Shown: piece after piece, positions 56,822 through 64,000 of the stretch
Layout: every line of letters starts with the position of its first letter
How positions within the stretch are numbered: the first letter of the stretch is position 1
Assembly (NCBI GenBank): GCA_964437095.1
Contig: CAYTFH010000015.1
Location: 851 to 64,850, forward strand
Length of the DNA stretch: 64,000 nucleotides
Reading direction: 5' to 3'
Origin: an uncultured bacterium
GTDB taxonomy: Bacteria; Sysuimicrobiota; Sysuimicrobiia; Sysuimicrobiales; Sysuimicrobiaceae
Translations under genes and position numbers: made by a program
The notes under the pieces: generated by a model
Told to the model about the DNA's origin: nothing
What the model saw: only the letters and a program-made list of their open reading frames with translations
Database searches by the model: none

Positions 56822-57712
56822 GTGCGCCGGGCCGCCATCGACGTGGGGACCCACTCCGTGCGCCTGCTGGTGGCGGAGGTGGAAGGCAGGTCCGTGAGGC
56901 CCGTGCTGCGCCGCCTGGAGGTCACCCAGCTGGGGGAAGGGGTCGACCGCTCCCGCGTCCTCCTGCCGCAGGCCATCGGCCGCACCGTGCGGGCGGTGCG
57001 GGAGTTCTGGCAGCTGGCCCGCCAGCACGCCGCGGACGTGGTGGTGGTGGGCACCAGCGCCGTCCGGGAGGCGGCCAACCGCGCCACCCTGGTGCGCGAC
57101 CTGCACCCCATCCCCCTGCGGGTCCTGTCCGGGGAACAGGAGGCGGAACTGGGCTACCGGGGGGTGCGGGCGGGCCTGCCGGACCTTCCGGACCCCGTCC
57201 TGGTGGTGGACGTGGGCGGCGGCAGCACGGAGCTCGTCCTGGGCGTTCAGGACGAGGTGGTGGAGAAGGCGAGCCTGCCCGTGGGCTCCGTGCGGCTGAC
57301 GGAGCGCTACCTGCACGCGGACCCGCCCGCGGAGGTGGAGCTGGAAGCCGCCCGGCGGGAGGTGGCGGAGCTGTTGCGCCCTTACCGCCAGGCGTTCTCC
57401 AGCGCCCGCACCGCGGTGGGCGTGGGCGGCACGGTCACGTCGCTGGCGGCGGTGGACCTGGGCCTGGAGCCCTACGACCCCGACCGGGTGCACGGTCACA
57501 GGCTCACCGCCGCGCGGTTGTTGGACCTGTGCCGGGGCCTGTGTTCCATGCCCGCCGCCCTGCGCCGGTGCGTGCCGGGCCTGCTGCCGGAGCGGGCGGA
57601 CGTAATCTGCGGCGGCGCCCTGGTGGTACGCACGGCGCTGGAGGTGTTCCGGATCCCGGAGCTGGTGGCCAGCGAGAGCGACCTCCTGTGGGGCGCGGTG
57701 CTGCACCTGTAG
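56822..57712 (+). CDS. Ppx/GppA-family phosphatase
   Basis: AAIDVGTHSVRLLVAE actin-like ATPase fold N-terminus, VVGTSAVREAAN, DVGGGSTE. Confidence 0.75.
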   Translation: MRRAAIDVGTHSVRLLVAEVEGRSVRPVLRRLEVTQLGEGVDRSRVLLPQAIGRTVRAVREFWQLARQHAADVVVVGTSAVREAANRATLVRDLHPIPLRVLSGEQEAELGYRGVRAGLPDLPDPVLVVDVGGGSTELVLGVQDEVVEKASLPVGSVRLTERYLHADPPAEVELEAARREVAELLRPYRQAFSSARTAVGVGGTVTSLAAVDLGLEPYDPDRVHGHRLTAARLLDLCRGLCSMPAALRRCVPGLLPERADVICGGALVVRTALEVFRIPELVASESDLLWGAVLHL

Positions 57713-57721
57713 GGGACTGAA

Positions 57722-59194
57722 GTGAGGACCAAGCTCGGACTGCTGCTGGTGGTGTTGAGCGCCGTGGCTGGGCTGCTGTGGTCCCTGGGCCTGGGCTTCC
57801 CGCGGGCTCCGCAGCCCGTGGACGCCTTCCGCGTGCGCCGTGGCGACCTGGAGGTGACCCTGGCGGTAAGCGGGGTGGTGGAGGCCCGGGCCGTGGACCT
57901 GGCCTTCCCGCTGCCCGGCCGGCTCCGGGCGGTGGTGGCGGAGGGCCAGCGGGTGGCCGCAGGCCAGCTTCTGGCGGAGCTGGACGCCGGGGAGCTCCAG
58001 GCGGACGTGGCGCAGGCCCGCCAGGCCCGCCTGGCCGCGGAGGAGGAGCGGGCCCGCGCCCGGGCCCAGGTGGAGGCCAGCGTGCAGGAGCTCCGCAGGG
58101 CCCGGGCTGCCGTGGAGGCGGCTCGGGCGCAGGTGGAGCAGACCCGCGCGGCCTGGGCCGCGGCCAGGGCGAGGCTCGACGAGCTCCTGGCCTCTCCCCG
58201 GGAGGAGGACCTGCGTCAGGCGCAGGCGGCCTTGGAAGCGGCCCGCGCCGCCTGGGAGCAGGCGCGGCAGGCCCTGGAACTGCAGGAGCGGCTGTACCGG
58301 CAAGGTGCCACGAGCCGGGCGCAGGTGGATACGGCCAGAAGCCAGCACGAGGCCGCCCGGGCCCAGTACGAGCAGGCCCGGGCGGAGCTGGACCGGGTGC
58401 GCCAAGGCCCCCGCAAGGAAGCGGTGGCCGCGGCGCAGGCGCAGGTGCGGCAGGCACAGGGTGCCTACCGCGCCGCCCTGGTGCAGGTGCAGCAGGCCCA
58501 GGCCGCCGCCGCCGCGGCGGAAGCCGCGGTGGCGCAGGCCAGGGCCGTGGAGCGGGCGGCAGTTGCCCGCGCCGCGCAGGCGGCGGCCGCCCTGCAGGCC
58601 GCGCAGGAGCGCCTGGCCCGGGCCGCCCTGCGGGCTCCCTTTGCCGGCGAGGTGACGCGCGTGTACTTCCGGGAGGGTGCGTCGGTCTCCCCGGGAGTGC
58701 CCGTGGTGAGCCTGGCGGCGGCGGAGCGCTGGGCCACCGCGGAGGTGGAGGAAGCGGACGTGGGCCGGATCCGGGTCGGCCAGCGCGCCCGGGTCACCGC
58801 GGACGCCTATCCCGGCGTGGTGGTCCCCGCTCGCGTGACCCGCCTGGCGGGCCAGGTGGAGACGCGGGTAGGGAGCCGCGTGGTGCGGGTCCGCCTGGAC
58901 TTCGACCAGCCCGCGCCCTTCCGCGTGGGTACTGGGGTGGACGTGGACGTGGTCCTGCAGGTGGTCCCGCACGCGCTGCTGGTGCCCGTGGAGGCCGTGG
59001 CGTCCGCGGCGGACGGAGCAAGCCAGGTGTACGTGGTGGAGGGCGGGGTGGTGAGGGTGCGCCAGGTGCGCACCGCGGAGCGCAACGAGGACTACGTGGT
59101 GGTCGAAGGCCTGCGGGAGGGCGACCTGGTGGCCCTGGTGGAGCCCGGCTGGCTGCGGGACGGGCAGAGGGTGCAGGCGAGGTCCGTGCGATGA
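57722..59194 (+). CDS. efflux transporter periplasmic adaptor (HlyD/MacA family) with very long Ala/Gln/Arg coiled coil
   Basis: N-terminal TM, extended coiled coil, C-terminal beta-barrel ([19 protein letters not shown]). Confidence 0.8.
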   Translation: MRTKLGLLLVVLSAVAGLLWSLGLGFPRAPQPVDAFRVRRGDLEVTLAVSGVVEARAVDLAFPLPGRLRAVVAEGQRVAAGQLLAELDAGELQADVAQARQARLAAEEERARARAQVEASVQELRRARAAVEAARAQVEQTRAAWAAARARLDELLASPREEDLRQAQAALEAARAAWEQARQALELQERLYRQGATSRAQVDTARSQHEAARAQYEQARAELDRVRQGPRKEAVAAAQAQVRQAQGAYRAALVQVQQAQAAAAAAEAAVAQARAVERAAVARAAQAAAALQAAQERLARAALRAPFAGEVTRVYFREGASVSPGVPVVSLAAAERWATAEVEEADVGRIRVGQRARVTADAYPGVVVPARVTRLAGQVETRVGSRVVRVRLDFDQPAPFRVGTGVDVDVVLQVVPHALLVPVEAVASAADGASQVYVVEGGVVRVRQVRTAERNEDYVVVEGLREGDLVALVEPGWLRDGQRVQARSVR

Positions 59195-59940
59195 CCCCCG
59201 TGGTGGACCTGCAGGACGTCAGCAAGGTCTACCGGCTGGGAGCGGTGGAGGTGCGGGCCCTGCGGGGTGTCCGGCTGCAGGTGTACCCGGGCGAGTTCGT
59301 GGCCATCATGGGACCTTCGGGCTCCGGCAAGTCCACCCTCCTGAACTTGGTGGGCTGCCTGGACCGGCCCACCAGCGGCGTCTACCGGTTGGACGGGCAG
59401 GACACCAGCCGGCTCAGCGACGACGCCCTCAGCGAGGTGCGCAACCGAAAGGTGGGGTTCGTGTTCCAGACCTTCAACCTGCTCCCGCGCCTGACCGCCC
59501 TGCAGAACGTGGAGCTCCCCATGCTGTACGCGGGGCTGCCCAGGCTCGCCCGCCGGCGGCGGGCCGCGGAGCTGCTGGCGCGGGTGGGCTTGGCGGACCG
59601 CATGCACCACCGCCCCCGAGAGCTCTCCGGGGGCCAGCAGCAACGGGTGGCCATCGCGCGGGCCCTGGCCAACGACCCGGCGATCCTCTTGGCGGACGAG
59701 CCCACGGGCAACCTGGACAGCCGGTCGGGGGAGGAAGTCCTGGCCGTGTTCCAGGAGCTTAACGACGCTGGAGTCACCATCGCCATGGTCACCCACGACC
59801 GGGAGGTGGCCGAGCACGCCCGGCGCATCGTGACCATCCGGGACGGCCGCGTGGTCCGGGACGAGTCCGTCCCCTCGCCCCGACGGGCCCGCGACGTCCT
59901 CCGCCAGCTTCCCTCGGAGCCCGAGCTCACTTCGCCGTGA
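59191..59940 (+). CDS. ABC transporter ATP-binding protein, MacB/LolD type
   Basis: [37 protein letters not shown]; ATGA overlap. Confidence 0.9.
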   Translation: MTPVVDLQDVSKVYRLGAVEVRALRGVRLQVYPGEFVAIMGPSGSGKSTLLNLVGCLDRPTSGVYRLDGQDTSRLSDDALSEVRNRKVGFVFQTFNLLPRLTALQNVELPMLYAGLPRLARRRRAAELLARVGLADRMHHRPRELSGGQQQRVAIARALANDPAILLADEPTGNLDSRSGEEVLAVFQELNDAGVTIAMVTHDREVAEHARRIVTIRDGRVVRDESVPSPRRARDVLRQLPSEPELTSP

Positions 59941-61145
59941 GCCTCCTGGAAGCCCTCCTAGCCGCCCTCGAAGCCCTCCGGGCCAATCCCCTGCGTTCCG
60001 TGCTCACCACCCTGGGGGTCGTCATCGGCGTGGCCGCGGTGATCACCCTGGTGTCCGTGGGCCAGGCAGCGCGAACCCGGGTGGTGGGCGAGTTCGCCAG
60101 CCTCGGCCCCGACCTGCTGTGGGTGCTGCCGGGGAAGGCGGAGGAAGGCCAGCAGTTCGCCACCCAGGAGGGGCGCTTCACCCTCACCTTCGAGGACGCC
60201 CAGGCCATCGAGCGGGAGGCCCGCGCGGTGGCAGGGGTGGCGCCGTGGCTGCAGACCTCCATCGAGGTCACGGGAGGCGGAAGGCGAGAGGTCACCACGG
60301 TGATCGGCACCACCGCGAGCTACCTGCAGGTCCGGGCCCTGCAGCTGCAGCACGGGCGGTTCCTGTCGGAAGCGGACCACCAGCGGCGCAAGCGGGTGGT
60401 GGTCCTGGGCCCGGTCCTGGCCCGCCAGCTGTTCCGCTCGCCGGAGCTGGCCCTGGGTCGCCGGGTGGTGATCAACGGTCGCGCCTTCGAGGTGGTGGGG
60501 GTTCTCCGCCCCCAGGGGCAGGTGCTGGGCGTGGACCTGGACGACCGCGCCTACATCCCCTTCGGCACCGCGCAGCTGCTGTTCTCCGTGAACTACGCGT
60601 CGTTCCTGTTCGTGAAGGCCCAGGACACCGCCTCCGTGCTCCGGGCCCAGCGGGAGGTGGAGAGGGTCCTGCGCCGGGAGCACGGGGAGGAGGACTTCAC
60701 GGTCCTCACCCAGAGCCAGTTCCTGGGCGCCCTGGACGCCATCCTGCGGGTCCTGACCATCGCCCTGTCGTCCATCGCGGCCATCTCCCTGGTGGTGGGC
60801 GGGATCGGGATCATGAACATCATGCTGGTGTCCGTGACCGAGCGGACCCGGGAGATCGGCATCCGCAAGGCGGTGGGCGCCAAGCGGTGGGACATCCTGG
60901 CCCAGTTCCTCATCGAGGCGGTGGCCGTCAGCCTGGTGGGCGGGGTCCTGGGGATGGCCGTGGGGTTGGGGGCGTCGTGGGCTTTGGCCGCGCGTCTGCT
61001 GGACCAGCCCCCCACCGCCTCCGGGGCGCTGCCCGTGGTGGTCCTGGCCTTCAGCTTCTCGGTCCTGGTGGGGGTGGCCTTCGGAGTGTACCCGGCTTGG
61101 CGTGCCGCCCGCCTGGATCCCATCGAGGCCCTGCGGTACGAGTGA
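59937..61145 (+). CDS. ABC transporter permease, FtsX/MacB type
   Basis: MacB_PCD periplasmic domain plus FtsX 4-TM C-terminus; GTGA overlap. Confidence 0.85.
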   Translation: MSLLEALLAALEALRANPLRSVLTTLGVVIGVAAVITLVSVGQAARTRVVGEFASLGPDLLWVLPGKAEEGQQFATQEGRFTLTFEDAQAIEREARAVAGVAPWLQTSIEVTGGGRREVTTVIGTTASYLQVRALQLQHGRFLSEADHQRRKRVVVLGPVLARQLFRSPELALGRRVVINGRAFEVVGVLRPQGQVLGVDLDDRAYIPFGTAQLLFSVNYASFLFVKAQDTASVLRAQREVERVLRREHGEEDFTVLTQSQFLGALDAILRVLTIALSSIAAISLVVGGIGIMNIMLVSVTERTREIGIRKAVGAKRWDILAQFLIEAVAVSLVGGVLGMAVGLGASWALAARLLDQPPTASGALPVVVLAFSFSVLVGVAFGVYPAWRAARLDPIEALRYE

Positions 61146-61155
61146 CCCGCCCCGT

Positions 61156-61183
61156 TTGACGAGTGCCGCGGACTCGCTATACT
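61156..61183 (+). promoter_or_regulatory. sigma-A-type promoter for the tRNA: TTGACG, 16 nt, TATACT
   Basis: -35 at 61156..61161 and -10 at 61178..61183, 12 nt upstream of tRNA 5' end. Confidence 0.55.
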
Positions 61184-61195
61184 AAGGGTTGGCGA

Positions 61196-61272
61196 CGCGG
61201 GGTGGAGCAGCCAGGTAGCTCGCCGGGCTCATAACCCGGAGGTCGCAGGTTCAAATCCTGCCCCCGCTACCA
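61196..61272 (+). tRNA. tRNA-Met (CAU), initiator-type
   Basis: near-identical to E. coli tRNA-fMet (CGCGGGGTGGAGCAGC...CTCATAACCCG...TTCAAATCC...CCCCCGC.ACCA); three G:C pairs in anticodon stem; C1/U72 unpaired; encoded CCA. Confidence 0.85.
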
Positions 61273-61300
61273 TTCCCCTGAGGCTTGCACAACGAGGGGT

Positions 61301-61339
61301 GGCCTGTGTCTTGCAGGCCCAGGGGTGGGGCTGTAGGCT
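61301..61339 (+). promoter_or_regulatory. candidate promoter and operator for the XRE gene: inverted repeat GGCCTG..CAGGCC overlapping TTGCAG, 17 nt, TAGGCT
   Basis: IR at 61301..61319; -35-like TTGCAG at 61311..61316; -10-like TAGGCT at 61334..61339, 12 nt before ATG 61351 (near-leaderless). Confidence 0.35.
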
Positions 61340-61350
61340 TGTGAGCGGAC

Positions 61351-61719
61351 ATGGGAACGCAGGAGGCGCCTCCGACCCTCGGGGAGTACGTGCGCCAGGC
61401 GCGGAAGCGGTCCCAGCGTACGCTGCGGGAGCTGGCGGACGCGCTGGGGATCACGCCCTCGTACCTCAGCGACATCGAGAACGATCGCCGCGTCCCCTCC
61501 CAGGAAGTCCTGGAAGGCCTCGCCAAGCACCTGCGGCTGGACCTGGACGAGCTGCTGGCCCGGGCCGGCCGCCTGGACCCGCAGACCCAGGCGTACCTGA
61601 AACGCTCCCCTGCGGCCGTCCGCCTGTTGCGCAGGGTCGCCGCCCGCCGCCTGTCGGAAGCGGACCTGGAGGAGCTCCAGCAGCGGGTGGAGAGGCTCGC
61701 GCAGCGCAAGAAGCCGTGA
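61351..61719 (+). CDS. XRE-family HTH transcriptional regulator (DdrO/phage-repressor-like)
   Basis: LRELADALGITPSYLSDIENDRRVPSQEVLEGLAKHL HTH resembles DdrO-type repressors. Confidence 0.8.
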   Translation: MGTQEAPPTLGEYVRQARKRSQRTLRELADALGITPSYLSDIENDRRVPSQEVLEGLAKHLRLDLDELLARAGRLDPQTQAYLKRSPAAVRLLRRVAARRLSEADLEELQQRVERLAQRKKP

Positions 61720-62453
61720 GACAGTACCGGGGACCGGACGGCTCTCTGCGGGTCTGGTTCGACCCTGCGGAGATCGACGCCGTCGCGGAGGACGAGTTGC
61801 AGCGGGCCGGCCTCCTGTCCACCCTTGACGCGCCCGCGGTGGACGTGGAGCGGTTCGTGGAGGTCCACCTGCAGGCGGACCTCGACCCGTACGCGCCCCT
61901 GCCGGAGGACGTGCTCGGGGCCACGGAGTTCCGTCCGGGGTTGCCGCCCCTGGTACTGGTGAACAAGGCCCTGACGGAGGCGGCGTGCGACGACCCGAGT
62001 CCTCCCCGCGGCGCGCGGGGCCGCTGGCGGGCCACCCTCGCCCACGAAGCGGCCCACATCCTCCTGCACCGAGCCCTCTCCGAGCCGGACCCCATGCAGA
62101 CACCCCTGCTCGACACGTCCTCCCTGGAGGCTGCGCCCGTCCAGCTCTTCCGGTGCCTGAAGCGCGAGGTGGTCTTCGGCGGCGGCAGCGACTGGCGGGA
62201 GTTCCAGGCGAACCGGTGCATGGCCGCCCTTCTCATGCCGCGCTCGGTCTTCCTGAAGGCCGTGGCCCGGGCCAGGGAGCAGGTGGGCCTGTTCTCCGAG
62301 GAGCCGCTGCGCGCCGAAACTCTGCCGCAGGTGGTTCGGCGGCTGGCCACCTGGTTCGACGTCTCCCGGGAGGCCGCTCGGATCCGGTTGGTGGAACTGG
62401 GTCTGGTCAGGTCCCCCGGGCAGGGGAGCCTGTACCCCGGGCGCTTCCTCTGA
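61716..62453 (+). CDS. ImmA/IrrE-family (DUF955) zinc metallopeptidase
   Basis: HEAAH zinc motif (LAHEAAHILLH); GTGA overlap with XRE gene. Confidence 0.75.
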   Translation: MRQYRGPDGSLRVWFDPAEIDAVAEDELQRAGLLSTLDAPAVDVERFVEVHLQADLDPYAPLPEDVLGATEFRPGLPPLVLVNKALTEAACDDPSPPRGARGRWRATLAHEAAHILLHRALSEPDPMQTPLLDTSSLEAAPVQLFRCLKREVVFGGGSDWREFQANRCMAALLMPRSVFLKAVARAREQVGLFSEEPLRAETLPQVVRRLATWFDVSREAARIRLVELGLVRSPGQGSLYPGRFL

Positions 62454-62503
62454 TAGGGTCCCAACCCCACTTGGACCGGCCCGCGACCTTCGGGCCGTGG
62501 TGG

Positions 62504-62532
62504 TTGACAAAGTAAGCCGACCGGCGTATTCT
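62504..62532 (+). promoter_or_regulatory. candidate sigma-A promoter: TTGACA, 17 nt, TATTCT
   Basis: consensus -35 at 62504..62509 and -10 at 62527..62532; about 330 nt upstream of rmuC ATG. Confidence 0.4.
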
Positions 62533-62866
62533 ACGACCGTGGTCTGAACGCGCCGTGCTCCTGGGTATAGCGTCCGGGGGGCCTGCGGGTACGGCAGCGC
62601 TCCGCAGGGGTTGGTGGTGTTCCGCGAGATGGTCAGAGGGGTCGGGGTGGCCTCCAAGGGGGGCTCGGGAGCCGGCACCCGCCGGCCGCGGCGGTCGGGA
62701 CCCCACGCTTAGGGACTGCGCGGGAGAGCGGCTGCGTGTGGGCGAACAACCAGGGCCGCCCGGCTGCGAAACGCCGCCTCTGCTCCGTTCAATCTGTGGG
62801 ATCGGTCCACCCAGGCGTGCTGGGGCCGAGGTCTTGCAGCACCCCCGGCCTCTGTGGGGGTAGGCG

Positions 62867-64000
62867 ATGGGCGCGTGGGTTGAGTTCGCGACAGGAGTCC
62901 TGCTGGGCGCGGCGGTGGCGGCGGCCGCTGTGGCCGCCTGGGCCGGGGCCCGCCGGCGGCACGCCGAAGCCGAGCTCGCGGCGGTACGCGAGCGGGTCCG
63001 CACCATGGAAACGGAACGCGCGGACCAAGCCCGCCGGCTGGAGGAGTCCATGCGCCGGGAGGAGGCGGCCCGGCACGAGTTGCAGCAGGAGGCGGCGCGG
63101 CGGGCCGCGGCCGAAGCCGCCGCAGCCCGGGTCCCGGACCTGGAGCAGAAGCTCGCCGACCGCGACCTCCGGCTGGCGGACCTGCAGGCCCGGGTGGCCG
63201 CGTTGCAAGCGCAGCTGGAGGAGGAGCGGCGCGCGGCGGAGGAGAAGCTGCGGCTGCTGGACGAAGCGCAAGCCAAGCTGGCCGACACCTTCCGGGCCCT
63301 GTCCGCGGAGGCCCTCACCCACAACAGCCACGCCTTCCTGCAGCTCGCCCGGGAGAGCCTGGAGAGGTTCCACCAGCTGGCCCGGGCGGACCTGGACCAG
63401 CGCCAGAGGGCGGTGGAGGAGGTCGTCCGTCCGCTGCACGAGCAGGTGGACCGGATCCGCACGTACCTGACGGAGGTGGAGAAGCAGCGGGCGGAGGCCT
63501 ACGGCGCGCTGAGCCAGCAGCTGCGGGAGCTGGCAGAGTCGCACCTCCCGCGGCTGCACCAGGAGACGGCGAACCTGGTGAAGGCCCTGCGCCAGCCCAC
63601 CGCCCGCGGCCGGTGGGGTGAGCTACAGCTGCGGCGGGTGGTGGAGATGGCCGGCATGCAGCCCCACTGCGACTTCGTGGAGCAGGCCACGGGTCAGGGG
63701 GAGGACGGCCGCCTGCGTCCGGACCTCGTGGTGCAGCTCCCGGGCGGCCGGTGCCTGGTGGTGGACGCGAAGGCGCCGGTGGACGCCTACCTGAGCGCGG
63801 TGGAGGCGGCGGACGAGGACAGCCGACGGCGATACCTGGCGCAGCACGCGAGCCAGGTGCGGACCCACATGGCCAACCTGGGGAAGAAGCAGTACTTCGA
63901 GCAGTTCGACGTGGCGCCCGACTTCGTGGTCATGTTCATCCCGGGCGAGGCGTTCTTCAGCGCCGCCCTGGAGGTGGACCCCGGCCTGATCGAGTTCGGC
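62867..64000 (+). CDS. rmuC: DNA recombination protein RmuC (3' end beyond window)
   Basis: own translation: N-terminal TM, long coiled coil, then RPDLVVQLPGGRCLVVDAKAPVDAY and DFVVMFIPGEAFF RmuC core motifs; open to window end (absent from ORF table because no stop). Confidence 0.75.
   Translation, partial: MGAWVEFATGVLLGAAVAAAAVAAWAGARRRHAEAELAAVRERVRTMETERADQARRLEESMRREEAARHELQQEAARRAAAEAAAARVPDLEQKLADRDLRLADLQARVAALQAQLEEERRAAEEKLRLLDEAQAKLADTFRALSAEALTHNSHAFLQLARESLERFHQLARADLDQRQRAVEEVVRPLHEQVDRIRTYLTEVEKQRAEAYGALSQQLRELAESHLPRLHQETANLVKALRQPTARGRWGELQLRRVVEMAGMQPHCDFVEQATGQGEDGRLRPDLVVQLPGGRCLVVDAKAPVDAYLSAVEAADEDSRRRYLAQHASQVRTHMANLGKKQYFEQFDVAPDFVVMFIPGEAFFSAALEVDPGLIEFG

Noticed and set aside
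61196-62453. Integrated prophage or ICE at the tRNA-Met gene
   Set aside because: Only an XRE/ImmA pair follows the tRNA. No integrase, repeat of the tRNA 3' end, or phage structural genes appear in the remaining 2.7 kb. The core gene rmuC follows. Possibility kept only as a remnant.

Overview
High-GC (~70%) window with 80 of 81 genes on the + strand and pervasive 4-nt start/stop overlaps. The gene content and order (ruvCAB, spoIID-like, yajC, hemA-C-D-B-L, mreBCD-pbp2-rodA, alaS-ruvX-DUF1292-mltG) point to a thermophilic high-GC Clostridia-type Firmicute (Thermaerobacter/Symbiobacterium-like); this is an inference. A unidirectional ~20 kb cluster runs gdh-HD-hemACDBL - GT2-LmbE-unknown - ccmABCDE - dihaem cyt c - Rieske - cyt b - cyt b::ferredoxin fusion - MvhD-like - CcoN-like/CcoO-like - cyt c. 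It contains several atypical respiratory proteins. One cytochrome b has lost both His ligands of the n-side haem. A second cytochrome b is fused to a 2x[4Fe-4S] ferredoxin domain. A standalone MvhD/FlpD-like FeS protein follows. The cbb3-type subunit-I homologue has no HH CuB motif. Other notable modules are a MerR-PATAN(DUF4388)-membrane-PATAN-sigmaB/F-like-roadblock operon, a CysO(GG+extension)-ParB/Srx-like-CysM-JAMM-Rrf2 operon, an ECF sigma/ZAS anti-sigma pair, and a DdrO/IrrE-like XRE-ImmA pair directly downstream of an initiator tRNA-Met and upstream of rmuC. No CRISPR, rRNA or obvious transposase was seen.
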